Source: Squalus acanthias
Lineage: Eukaryota
NCBI GenBank assembly: GCA_030390025.1
Contig: CM059431.1
Location: forward strand, 95,730,001 to 95,794,000
Reading direction: 5' to 3'
DNA: 64,000 nucleotides
The notes under the pieces were generated by a model. It ran no database searches. It had not been told where the DNA came from and was given only the letters and a program-made list of their open reading frames with translations. Shown piece after piece: positions 12,398 through 24,624 of this stretch. Made by a program: the position numbers and the translations under genes. Numbering within the stretch: position 1 is the stretch's first letter; each line of letters opens with the position of its first letter.

Positions 12398-13298
12398 AGA
12401 AGCTTCTAAATATGGTAAATATGAAGGTGAAATAAAAATTAACCTCCAAAGTGGTTCTCAGGACACAAAACTCCTTAGAGCAGCGTCAAATCTCTCCAGA
12501 TGTCTCTCTCCCTCTCAACCTGCGTGTTCCAAAAATTTTGCTGACAAGAAAAGGCAGGAAGCGGCCACCTTTAAATAGCGCTCCCCTAGCCCCTTCCCGA
12601 CTTGAAAATGTTCCCCTCTACCAGTCGTTGCTAGCGGCAGGCAGGAAGGCAGGGGGTGAGACTCAATATCCGGTCCGGGGCGCTACCGGGGTATTGCACG
12701 CTCGACTGACGTCGCGATCTGCGGGCGCAGGAGATCGTGGCGGTAGTGTTTAGTGCCGCCCCAAAACGACTGGTCAATTTCGCAAGCGGCGCTAAAATCG
12801 CCGCACTTGGGCGCTAAGTTTCTAGCACCCCATTAGCGCCCCCCGGAGGCGCTAACGGGAGGTGCTAACCAACCGAATTTTTCCACCTAAGTCTGTGAAA
12901 TTTGGCACCTTAACGCCGGTAGTCAAGGCCGGTTTGGAGAAAAGAATGGCGGCCGCCTCACTTCTGCGCAGCCCACCCTGGTTGCCATCTTGGTGAGGGC
13001 GATAGCTTGGGCGGGACATGCATGCGCCAGCAGCATGGAGAGTAGGCAGATCGTGACGTCAGTCAGCGTGTAACGCTGATTTGATGCACGACCTGCCATT
13101 TTCGACATCGCCGCTCCAATCAACGCCCCCTCCTAAACATGCACAGCTGAATGTGTGTTCAGCTGCATGAGGGACCCCCCACCAGCACTACTTAAAGGGA
13201 TACATCCAACTTGCAGGTAAATTGATTTTTCCTCTTATACGTTGGAAAGGGGTTGGCTCCTACTGGAAGGCCTCTGAGTACACCACTTGCTCCCAGTC

Positions 13299-14787
13299 AT
13301 GGGGGCTTTACTTGCAATCCCCCTCACGCTACAGCATTACAGGGAGATGGAACAGTGACAGAAATGACAAGCTGCTCGCAGAGGGGGAAGGAGGCTGGGT
13401 TTGTTTTCCTTGGATCAGAGGAGGCTGAGGGGAGACCTTATTGAGGTGTATAAAATTATGAGGGGCATAGATAAAGTGGATAGAAAGGACCTATTTCCCT
13501 TAGCAGAGGGGTCAAACACCAGGGGGCACAGATTTAAAGTAATTGGTGGAAGGTTTAGAGGGGATTTGAGGGGAAATTTCTTCACCCAGAGGGTTGTGGG
13601 GGTCTGGAACTCACTGCCTGAAAGGGTGGTAGAGGCAGAAACCCTAACCACATTTAAAAAGTACTTGGATGTGCACTTGGGATGCTGTAACCTGCAGGGC
13701 TACGGACCAAGAGCCAGGAAGTGGGATTAGGCTGGATAGCTCTTTGTTGACCGGCACGGACACGATGGGGCGAAATGGCCTCCTTCCGTGCTGTAACTTT
13801 CTTTGATGAGGGCTCGCAGCAGGAGGTCTTAACCAGCTAGGGTCATCAGGGAGCACTTCTCCTACCTGCACCTAAGCCAGGAGCAGTGTGTTCAGTGGCT
13901 TCGCTTCACCAAAAAGGTGACAACAGAAATCTGCCGCCTTTTGGAACCAGACATGCAACCTCAGAGCAGGGCGATAATGGCTCTGCCAGTGGCCCTCAAG
14001 TTGACCGTGGCCCTGAATTTTTTCGCCAGCAGATCCTTCCAGGCTGGAGCAGGCGACACAGCAAACAACTCTCAGTTCATGGTCCATCACTGCCTCCGGA
14101 AGGTCACAGAGGCTTTGTAGTCCAGGAGAAGGGACTTCATTGTCTTCTTTCTAAACAGAGAGAAGCAGGAGGAGCGTGCATGTGGCTTTGCCAGGATATC
14201 AGGCTTCCCCGTGGTGCAGGGCGCCATCGGCTGCACACAAGTGGCTTTGCGGGCACTACATATCAATGCTAGGATGTACCATAGGGTACCACTCACTTAA
14301 TGCGCAGTTGGTGTGCGACCACACCCACCACATCACGATGGTGAATGCCCAGTATCCTGGCAGCAATCATGATGCCTTTATCCTGCACCAGCCGCTGTGC
14401 CAGCAATCTTCCAGCCACCGTGTCAAACCCGAGGGTGGCTGCTCGGCGACAAGGGCTATCCGCTCCACACCTGGCTGATGACTCCCCTCTGCAACCCCAC
14501 CACTCGTGGCCAGCACTCATATAATGACAGCCATGCTGCCACAAGGAACCTCATCGAGCAGACCATCAGGGTGCTGAAGCAACAGTTCTGCTGTCTTGAC
14601 CGCTCAGGAGCAGCTCTCCAATTCTCCAATTCGTGGTGGTCTGCTGCATCCTCCACAACTTGGCCATCGTGAGGGCGGAGGAGGAGAAGGAGGAGGAGGA
14701 GGAGGAAGAAGAGAAGGCAGCCTGCAAACCCCTGTTCTGGACGGGCTGTCTGTGAGTGCATCATCAGACTCCGGTTCCCCTGAATGA
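13299..14787 (+). pseudogene. Harbinger DDE transposase (HARBI1-like), split by a CR1 fragment
   Basis: [58 protein letters not shown]. Stops and frameshifts. Confidence 0.88.
13393..13805 (+). mobile_element. CR1 LINE 3' fragment
   Basis: FSLDQRRLRGDLIEVYKI...TRGHRFK...FFTQRVVGVWNSLP plus CR1 3' UTR. Confidence 0.9.
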
Positions 14788-14936
14788 AACCCCAGATCCC
14801 TGTTGCTCAACACTTCCCACCTTACCATCCGTCTGTCATAAAACATCACAGCGTCCTCTTGGCCACAATGCTGAAATGAAAGCCACCACATTCCAAACAT
14901 AATTTATAAATGATTAATTCCAAAACTACATTACAA

Positions 14937-15189
14937 TGTTCCATTAACATCTCCTTTTGTTTTGTACAAACATATGTTTTGTCATTTAACCTCTCCTGTC
15001 TTCCACCCTATCGCAGATCTTCCCTTTTGTTCTTTCCTCCACTCCCCCCTTTCCCTGCCCCTGCACTTGCTTAAAACCTGCTATATCTCTAACTTTTTCC
15101 AGTTCTGACGAAAGGTCATCGACCTGAAACGTCAACTCTGTTTCTCACTCCACAGATGCTGCCTGACCTGCTGAGCATTTTCTGTTTTT
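14937..15189 (+). mobile_element. Short Penelope-like (pLTR-type) insert carrying a hammerhead motif
   Basis: Flanking direct repeat ATTACAA (14930-14936 / 15190-15196). Homologous to 44519-44652 and 4485-4622. Confidence 0.7.
15101..15137 (+). ncRNA. Minimal type I hammerhead ribozyme motif
   Basis: AGTT-CTGACGA-A-AGGTC-ATC-GACCT-GAAAC-GTC-AACT: core CUGANGA and GAAA, stem II AGGTC/GACCT, stem I AGTT/AACT, GUC triplet. Confidence 0.75.
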
Positions 15190-15202
15190 ATTACAAAGTC
15201 AA

Positions 15203-16620
15203 CTAATCACCCTTAATGTCTGTCTTCCATGTGTCTTTGCCTATCCTAGTGCTCCTATGAAGTGCTACCCCATTGGTTGCAGCATGGCTGCTAGAAAGCT
15301 GCTGACTTTCCATGGAGGTCACTGCAGATGGCCTTGCAGGATGACCTTGCGCAGTTCTGCGCCTAGAAGGCCCGGCTGTAGACTGCACCACCTTGGCATG
15401 GGTGGCCGCCATCTGGGCTGGCTGGCTTACAGGCAGCAACAATGGCACTGCCGGAGCGGTAGTGGTAGAAATACAAATGCTGTCAGTCTGAGAGAGGACA
15501 GCATATTTGAGCTCCACAGACCCACTGCCACTCCCCAGCACCTCAGCATTCCTAGCCACCTGTTGGAGGACAGATTGCTGGACTGATGTGACACCCTTCA
15601 AGCCCGTTTCCACACTGGTAAACCTAGACACGATGGAAGCAGTCTGAACTTGCGTGGCTGCAAGCTGAGCCTGCATGAGAGCAGTCTGAGCTTCCACTGT
15701 AGCACTCAGACGTTGGGTCAATTCCGCTTGTGCTGCAATGGAAACTGAGACATTGCCCATCACACCCAGCATCATGGTTGGGTCCACAAGTGCTCTAATG
15801 AAGTTGCACACCACTTCCATCCTGGAAATAATGGGCTCCAAGCTCTGCACAAAGTCTTGTGCAAGGTTGGTGCCGGACTCTTCCATGCTCCTTGACATTG
15901 CACTCAGGTTTTCTGGCCAGCCTGCCAATGCACCAAGCATTTTGTTGTGCATACCCATCAACCTTCTTCTGCAGATCACTCCATCAAATCTTCATCTGAG
16001 TCCTCTGCAGCAGAACTCATGTGCGAACTCACCTTCCGAGGAGCTAGCACCTGCACTACCCTTTCCCCCTGCCCTGGCTGCAGCCCACTCATGCCTGGTG
16101 AATCATCACGTGCAGATCCCACCTCTATACTACCTTCTATAGTTCACACATTGCCATTTTCCTGAGCCGGTTATGCACCATCTTGCAAGAGAAAAGGAAG
16201 TGTGTCAGTGCATGTGTTTGGGTGATGTCCTTGTCATGGTTCAATAGCTGGCATTGTGTGCAAGGTGTGAGATGTGGGTGTGAGGCTTGCAGCAGTCGTA
16301 AGTGTGTGAGGGTGAGGTGAAGCTATGATTGTGAGGTATGAGTGGTGATAAAGATTGTTGGTAGGTGAGTGATGGGTGTGTGGTGCATTGAGCAGTGTGT
16401 GAGGCTAGTGGTGCAGATGGTGGGATGTGGCATTTGAAGATGCATTCACTAACCTTGACCACTCGTGTGAGGTCATTAAACTTCGTTCGGCACTGGATCC
16501 AGACCCTGGGGGAAAGACTGGTAGCACTGACCGTTTCAGCAATCTGCTCCCACTGCCTTCAAACAGTCCTCCTGGCCCCCGTCTCCTCCTACCGTCCCCC
16601 TACATAAGGCCTCCAATGCT
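15203..16620 (-). pseudogene. Harbinger Myb/SANT-like partner gene (H-C)
   Basis: Exon 1 remnant (WEQIAE...WIQCRTKFNDLTRVVK|gttagt near 16455). The 258-aa ORF 15203-15979 is homologous to H-B exon 3. Confidence 0.8.
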
Positions 16621-17682
16621 GCGTCCAAGAACTGAAGTATCCTTTCTCTGCTCTGTTTCGACATTGTGACCTTCTCCTTTCCTTAGCTCCACTAAGAATG
16701 AGATGCTTCTTTCAGAAAGCACCACCCCTTTAAGAAGTGCAGTGTTTCACTCTGCAGGCAACCTTTAAATAGAGATCACACTTCCCACAAAATTGGGCCC
16801 CCTGATGAGCGCTGAGCCAACCAGCAGTGCGTTCAGAGCTTCAATCATGTTAATTAGCAGGCAGCATGAATTTCGTGTGCTGCCTACATTACTTTCAACA
16901 GGTGTGGGCAGATCGAGCATCGTGAACCCCGCTCCCATTTTCGGTCCTTATCGAATTTAGCCCCCTAAGGGCTGGGTTAAGCTTATTTGAAGGTTTGAAT
17001 GGTACAGAAAATCTTTCAGTTCATATCAAAATGGCGAGAAAATTCAGAACTGCTCATTGATAATGTGAAGAACCACCCGATATTCTAGTCATGAGCATTA
17101 CTGGAGAAGAGCTGACAGATTGTGACTAGGTCTTCCTCATCCTTGGAGTACAGTTTTCCTCCACAATCAAATGATTAAGCCATCATCCAAATGAGAGAAA
17201 ATCCCTTTGTCTCACTGATCCTGAAAATCTGTGGGTGTGCAATCCCAGCAGTTACACTGGGATATCCGCCATGGGACTCCGTCGCTGACCCAGCCCAAGT
17301 TAATGGGGTTGCCTGTAGCAATGAGACTTCAGTGTTGTGAGGGTGCATCTATGGTACCCCCCCGCCAACTGAAGAATGAGAGAATATAAGGGGTGAGGGA
17401 CAGTGGGACGGCAGGTCTGTACCCCGTAAAACAAATCTAGATGCATCAAATGGCACCTTGTCGAAACGGCCAAGTAACCTCAAGACCACAGTCCCTTTCA
17501 GAGCTTGATGTCATACAGCTATCATCCAAGTAAGAGACCATTTTACTGATTCACTACTTTTAAGAGTCCAGAAAATCATTGGGCAGCCATGATATATTAA
17601 TAAAAGAAACGTATCCAGGTCACATATCTGGAGGTTTTCTGTGATCTCGATGAGAAAAACTGAAGGACCGATTGCATTAAAG

Positions 17683-18410
17683 TAGGGACGATTTTGAAAA
17701 GTGTCAATGAGCAGAGAGACCTTGGTGTCCATATACACAAATCCTTAAAGGTGGCAGGGCAAGTTGATAAGGTGGTTAAAAAAAAATATGGGTTACTTGG
17801 GTTTATAAATAGAGGCATAGAATATAAAAGCAAAGAGATCATGATAGAACTTTATAAATAACTGGTTAGGCCTCAGTTGGAGTATTGTGGACAATTCTGG
17901 GCACCACACTTCAGGAAAGATGTAAAGGCCTTAGAAAGGATACAGAGGAGGTTTACCAGGATGTTACCAGGGATCAGGGACTTCAGTTATAAGGTGAGGT
18001 TGGAAAAGTTAAGACTGCTCCCCTTGGAACAGAGAAGGTTAAGAGGCCACCTAATAGAGGTTTTCAAGATGATGAGAGGTTTTGATAGAGTAGTTGAGAA
18101 AAATTATTCCCTCTGGCTAGTGGGTCAATAACTAAAGGTCACAGATTCAAATCATTGGCAAAAGATCTAGAGGGGAGATAAGGAGAATTTATTTTCACTC
18201 AGCGTTGTCGGGATGTGGAACGCTGTATCTGAAAAGGTGGTGGAAGCTGATTCCATAAATAACTTTAAAAGGGAGTTGGACAGGTACTTGAGGATGAGGA
18301 ACTTACAGGGTTACGGACAATAAGCAGGGTGTGGGACTAAGCACGACTGTTCTTTCAAAGAGCCAGCACAGGCACGATGGGCCAAATGGCCCCATTTTTG
18401 TGCTGGAACT
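17683..18410 (+). mobile_element. CR1 LINE 3' fragment
   Basis: EYCGQFWAPHFRKDVKALERIQRRFTRM...EQRRLRG plus 3' UTR. Confidence 0.9.
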
Positions 18411-21109
18411 GCAAGCTGATAACAGCACGTCTGAGACCTTGGTGAACGACAGGACCCATAGTCTATCTCTTTAACCAATGAAATTTAAGGATAGAGAAAG
18501 AAACAGAGCAAATGACGGAGAAGGAAATAGGGTGAGTTAGAGTCAAATTAGATACAGAAAGAGAAATAAAGAGAGGAAAAGAAAGATTGGATTGAGAGAA
18601 AGAGACAGAAAGGAAAAGTAAGAATAAAAATTAGAAATTTAAAGAACCTCTAGGAACAATTTAATATCTGCAGGAGTGAGATTCCACAGTTTCAATTATT
18701 CCCTTTCTGGGCCTCCAAGGTTGAGTGGCATATCAGGACCATTAATCATCCCATTAACAGGATCCTTACGCCATGAAATAGCAGCCCCTAAATTTCTGCA
18801 ACAAGTTTAATCCATATTAACACCGCAAATTGAGCAATTTCTTGACACTCATGGGGAGACTGATGGCGAGCTCCTATTTTTGAGTGGCTAACGGTGGAGT
18901 GGTGTAAATTGTCCAGCAATTTGTGGCGATTCGCAACTCACACCGTATTTCACCACAAATTGCTGTTTTTTTCTACGCTCTTATAATGATGTGCGCCTTT
19001 AACTCACTGTTATTTTTACAGTAAATTCTGTGGCAATATGATTTAAGATGGTGGTCACATTTGGAGTTAGCAAGACTAGTTCTGAAACCAACCTCCCTTC
19101 ACTCGAGGATGGCTCAATTGTGCAGCTACACAACACGCTTCAAAAACAAAGACATAATTCTTGCTGTAGAAAGAGCTTTAATCACAAAAGCTCTTTTCTT
19201 TTACTTCTATGTGTTTATTGTAAAAGGAGACTGTTCTATGCCTTTACCAGAGGGCTGCCGGACTGAGATATAGTCACATATCACTGTTGAGACTGGTGCC
19301 AGTTTTACAGGTTGTTAGCAATACATTTTTGCGTTAAAATTTTAAACATGAAAACATGACATTGTGCATTTATTCTGGCTGTTTAATAAAACTGAACAGG
19401 AGTCTGACACTGTAGTTTACTCCATCTCGCCTTTCCTTCCCAGCACATTCCCAAGTGCTTCAACTGCCTACAGCATTAGAAACTATCATTCCTTTCATGC
19501 AATGTAACACATTGTTCTTGGCACGTCACAGCAAGTCAGTGAGATTTGATAAGGAAAAGTGCAAGAGAAGCACTGCAGCATTTCCTCCTGCACATGTCCT
19601 TACTGCCTATTTGTAACTGGCTCTTATCTTAAGAATCTTTGGTTGAATAGCCATGGAGTCTACAAGCCAGAGATCTAGCTGAAGCAGAAATTAATGTATG
19701 CATTCTGCTCATATCAGGATAGCTGTTAATCAGTGCGGACTGTCTAGATTGCCTTTTTAGATAATTTGAGCTAACTCTTTTCCTTTTGAACAGACTCTGA
19801 ACACTGCTATGTTTACAAGGATCCTCCTGCCTGATATGAGTGAAGCTTATTTCACTTAATTTAAAGGTCTCTTTCTTGCAGTCATAACCCCAGATTTAAA
19901 ATCAGTAATAATGACATACTATATTCATTGTTCTCATTTAAGCTACTCAAATACTTTGAGTGATTGAAAATCTTCATGAAATGGTCAAGGTGAGCCCACC
20001 CAACCTTTGCTCCCAGTGGGGAGTAAAACTTGGAGGGATTGTGATTTGGAGATAGTTCACTCCAATTCTCCAAACCACGCTCCCTTCGAGCACAGCTCCT
20101 CTCGGGGAGTGTGGGATCGGTGACTTAACCCGATAGTTTTTTTAAAGTTCATAGTTTGGCAATTCAGGATATTACATTTCATTTCACATATTACTGTCTT
20201 TGTTTTGTAGATCCTGCTGATCAAACACTCTAACGAATGCTCAAACGTATTATCCAGTTAAACATTAGGGTAGGTTTTAAAGGTTCATTCTCCATTGGCA
20301 CCGTGCTTCCTCGGCTGAGCACACTTATCGTGAGTCCATGGCTGGAAAATCTGGCGGGACCCAGTGATTTCCATACCCATATTCCCCATCCACACTCACA
20401 GCACGCTAGCTCCTGGGTAGAAAATCAAAGGAGGAGAGAAGGCTTGGCCTGGCCTGTCAACAGTGCTGATTGGGAAATTGCACACACAATGCCCATGACT
20501 TTCCATCTATTAATTTTAATGGGCAGGAAACTGTCATCAGTGTGCCAATGATTTACAGATATGTGGCAGTGGATGAGATCCCCTCCACCACCAACAGCAG
20601 CATGAGCTCAGAAAATGCCAGAAAGGATAACACAAACATGGGCACACTGGCGCAAACTCAAGCGCACTCACAAACTCACGCTCACATTCACTCAGCATAC
20701 AAACCCACACACATACACACTCTCACACTGACACTCTCTTGTACATAGTCAAATGCATTCACACAACATGCACTCACCATGTGTGGGAATAAGGGTTCAT
20801 ACTACTTGGGTACCTCTTATTCTTTCTGTGCAGTCTGTGAGATCAGCACATGAGTTAAAAGTTGAAACAGCTTTCTCTGAGCATGGGTAGTAAATTGGGT
20901 AAGAGGATTTGAAAGTAAGGCTATCTTCACAGGAAAAAAAAAGTAGGATGTACAAGAGTCATTCAGCCATATAGTCTGGAATGTCAGCTTGGTCACTTGT
21001 AATGGTAATAAAATAATTAGGACTGTTAAATTGCCTGGTTGTTTAGTTCATGTTGTTATTCTGTTGGCATTTTTATGTATCTTTCATGTACTATGATTTA
21101 TTGGTAGCA

Positions 21110-21243
21110 ACGTACGAGAGCCCCGTACACACTGACATGCGCCTGCATTCGGAGCTCCGTCTCCCCGGGGACCGCCAGCTGACCATCTGTCGTGTCCGCT
21201 GCCTACCCGGGCTGCACATTCCCCTCCCAATCTACATGCTCCG
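21110..21243. repeat. Unclassified GC-rich dispersed module, a condensed copy of 54056-54527
   Basis: Three collinear blocks are near-identical to the interior of the MITE at 53966-54866. Flanked by TAGCA on both sides. Confidence 0.8.
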
Positions 21244-21306
21244 TAGCATGCATAGAATGTAATGATCAAAGGTGAAAATTGAAGAAATGTAAGGGAACAC
21301 TGTTTA

Positions 21307-21545
21307 GTAACTCACACTGGAATCGTGGATAGTGTGATGTCCCAACAGCAGCTTGTAACTCACACTGGAATCGTGGATAGTGTGATGTCCCAACAGCAGC
21401 TCGTAACTCACACTGGAATCGTGGATAGTGTGATGTCCCAACAGCAGCTTGTAACTCACACTGGAATCGTGGATAGTGTGATGTCCCAACAGCAGCTCGT
21501 AACTCACACTGGAATCGTGGATAGTGTGATGTCCCAACAGCAGCA
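21307..21545. repeat. 48-bp minisatellite, 5 copies
   Basis: Unit GTAACTCACACTGGAATCGTGGATAGTGTGATGTCCCAACAGCAGCTY starts at 21307, 21355, 21403, 21451 and 21499. Confidence 0.97.
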
Positions 21546-23347
21546 GCAGAATTGTATTCCACCACAATCTGTAACCTCATGGCCCGGCATATCCCTCACT
21601 CTACCATTACCATCAAGCCAGAGGACCAACCCTGGTTCAATACGGAGTGTAGAAGAGCAAGCCAGGAGCAACACCAGGCGTACCTAAAAATGAGGTGCCA
21701 ACCTGGGGAAGCTGCAACACAGGACTACATGCATGCTAAGCAGCAGGCTATAGACAGGGTTAAGCGATCCCACAATCAACGGATCAGATCAAAGCTCTGC
21801 AGTCCTGCCACATCCAGTCGTGAATGGTGGTGGACCATTAAACAACTAACGGAGGCTCCATGAATATCCCCATCCTCAATGATGGTGGAGCCCAGCACAT
21901 GAGTGCAAAATACAAGGCTGAAGCGTTTGCAACCATCTTCAGCCAGAATTGCCGAGTGGATGATCCATATCCGCCTCCTCCTGAGGTCCCCACCACCACA
22001 GAAGCCAGTCTTCAGCCAATTCGATTCTCTCCACGTGATATCAAGAAACGGCTGAGTGCACTGGATACAGCAAGGCTATGGGCCCCGACAACATCCCGGC
22101 TATCGTGCTGAAGACTTGTGCTCCAGAACCAGCCGCGCCTCTAACCAAGCTGTTCTAGTACAGCTACAACACTGGCAGCTATCCGACAATGTGGAAAACG
22201 GCCCAGGTATGTCCTGTCCACAAAAAGCAGGACATATCCAACCCGGCCAATTACCACCCCATCAGTCTACTCTCAATCATCAGCAAAGTGATGGAAGGTG
22301 TCATCGAAAATGCCATCAAGCGGCACTTACTCACCAATAACCTGCTCACTGATGCCCAGTTTGGGTTCCGCCAAAACCACTCAGCTCCCGACCTCATTAC
22401 AGCATTGGTCCAAACATGGACAAAGGAGCTGAATTCCAGAGGTGAGGTGAGAGTGACTGCCCTTGACATCAAGGCAGCATTTGACAGAGTGTGGCATCAA
22501 GGAACCCTAGTAATATTGAAGTTAATGGGAATCGGGGGGAAAATGCTCCTCTGGCTGGAGTCATACCTAGCACAAAGGAAGATGGTTGTGGTGGTTGAAG
22601 GTCAATCATCACAGCTCCAGGACATCGCTGCAGGAGTTTCTCAGGGCAGTGTTCTAGGCCCAACCATCTTCAGCTGCTTCATCAATGACCTTCCCTCGAA
22701 TATAAGGTCAGAAATGGGGATGTTTGCTGATGACTGCACAGTGTTCAGCGCCATTCACAGCTCCTCAGATAATGAAGCAGTCCATGCCAGCATGCAGCAA
22801 GACCTGGACAACATTCAGGCTTGGGCTGATAAGTGGCAGGTAACATTCGCACCACACAAGTGCCAGGCAATGACGATCTCCAACAAGAGAGCGTCTAACC
22901 ACCTCCCCTTGACATTCAACGGTATTACCATTGCCGAATCCCCCACCATTAACATCCTGGGGGTCACCATTGACCAGAAACTTAACTGGACCAGCCACAT
23001 AACTACTGTGGCAACAAGAGCAGGTCAGAGGCTGGGTATTCTGTGGTGAGTGTGTCACCTCCTGACTCCCCAAAGCCTTTCCACCATCTACAAGGCACAA
23101 GTCAAGAGTGTGATGGAATACTCTCCACTTGCCTGGATGAGTGCAGCGCCAACAACACTCAAGAAGCTCAACACCATCCAGGACAAAGCAGCCCGCTTGA
23201 TGGGCACCTCGTCCACCATTTTAAACATTCACTCCCTCCACCAGAGCACCGTGGCTGCAGTGTGTACCATCTACAAGATGCGCTGCAGCAACTTGCCAAG
23301 GCTTCTTCGGCAGCACCTCCCAAACCCGCAACCTCTTCCACCTAGAA
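21546..23347 (+). mobile_element. LINE-A ORF2 fragment (RT domain), truncated at both ends
   Basis: 286-aa ORF 22189-23049 with NYHPISLLS, LDIKAAFDRVWH, QGSVLGP and FADD. Cut at the 3' side by an opposite-strand CR1. Confidence 0.92.
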
Positions 23348-24300
23348 CCTCTTCCACAACCCTCTGGGTGAAGACATTTCCCCTCAAATGCCCTCTAAAC
23401 CTTCCACCAATTACTTTAAATTTGTGCCCCCTGGTTTTTGACCCTCTGCTAAGGGAAATAGGTCCTTTCTATCCACTTTATCTAGGCCCCTCATCATTTT
23501 ATACACCTCAATAAGGTCTCCCCTCAGCCTCCTCTGTTCCAAGGAAAACAAACCCAGCCTATCCAGTCTTTCCTCAGAGCTAAGATTCTCTACTCCCGGC
23601 AACATCCTTGTAAATCTCCTCTGTACCCTCTCTAGTGCAATCACATCTTTCCTGTAATGTGGTGACCAGAACTGCACGCAGTACTCTAGCTGAGGCCTAA
23701 CTAGTGTTTTATACAATTGAAGCATAACCCCCCTGCTCTTGTATTCTATGCCACGGCTAATAAAGGCAAGCATTCCGTATGCCTTCTTAACCACCTTATC
23801 TACCTGGCCTGCTACCTTCAGGGATCTGTGGACATGCACTCCAAGGTCCCTTTGTTCCTCTACACTACTCAGTGTCCTACCATTTAATGTGTATTCCCTT
23901 TCCTTGTTAGCCCTCCCCAAATGCATTACCTCACACTTCTCCGGATTGAATTCCATTTGCCACTGTTCTGCCACCTGACCAATTTATTGATATCTTCCTG
24001 CAGTCCACAGCTTCCTTCTTCAGTATCAACCACACAGCTAATTTTAGTATCATCTGCAAACTTCTTAATCATACCCCCTATATTCAAGTCTAGATCATTG
24101 ATATATACCAGAAAAAGCAAGGGACCTAGTACTGAGCCCTGCGGAACCCCACTGGAAACAGCCTTCCAGTCACAAAAACACCCATCAACCATTACCCTCT
24201 GCTTTCTGCCTCCGAGCCAGTTTTGAATCCAACTTGACACTTTGCCCTGGATCGCATGAGCTTTTAACTTTGTGACCAGTCTGCCATGTGGAACCTTATT
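23348..24300 (-). mobile_element. CR1 LINE RT fragment
   Basis: [40 protein letters not shown]. Confidence 0.92.
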
Positions 24301-24624
24301 ATGAGATTCTGTTACGAAATGACAGCAATGGAATCCTCCTTTCTCATTGGAGGACCAGGCCCATGTGATGCCAGCGACGCTTCCGAACCACCTGCGTCCC
24401 TGGGATCTGTGGGACTTTCAGTACGCATGGAGGCCCGAGAAGGGAACTGTCCGCAGCTTTGACAACAGCAGGTAGGTGCGGAAATGTTTCGTGGGACGGA
24501 GGCGTACTCCAAAGGTACGCCTCCGACAGCAATTTCAGGACCATAATCTATGGCTTCCTCAGTACATCACACCAGTGCATCCATGTACAGCGCCTGCAAC
24601 CTAATGTGTAATACTGCATGTAAT

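Larger units (their letters stand above)
8800..12887. mobile_element. Two-gene Harbinger element H-B (~4.1 kb, decayed autonomous type)
   Basis: Myb/SANT gene on + and transposase on -, convergent. Right end ...gaatttttccacc followed by TAA. Left TIR eroded. Both subterminal regions are homologous to the H-A family. Confidence 0.85.
12891..16965. mobile_element. Two-gene Harbinger element H-C
   Basis: Transposase on +, Myb/SANT on -. Right end gaatttagccccc followed by TAA. Left end is degenerate and abuts the TAA after H-B. Confidence 0.75.

Noticed and set aside
17130..17500. Possible ribozyme or retroelement 5' UTR (contains CGAAAC)
   Set aside because: No properly spaced CUGANGA core, and I could not build a convincing HDV-like fold by eye. 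Left unclassified.
19000..21000. Possible host coding exons in the repeat-poor stretch (e.g. acceptor near 20210)
   Set aside because: The candidate exon has stops in all frames, and the short ORFs show no recognisable protein motifs.
21110..21243. Spliced retrocopy or DGR-like template/variable pair with 54056-54527
   Set aside because: The missing segments lack GT-AG ends, there is no poly(A), and the few differences are too sparse to suggest adenine-directed mutagenesis.
21307..21545. Regular repeat array resembling CRISPR, and repetitive ORFs over it
   Set aside because: Units are head-to-tail with no unique spacers, there are no cas genes and the context is eukaryotic. The ORFs are a by-product of a 48-bp unit.
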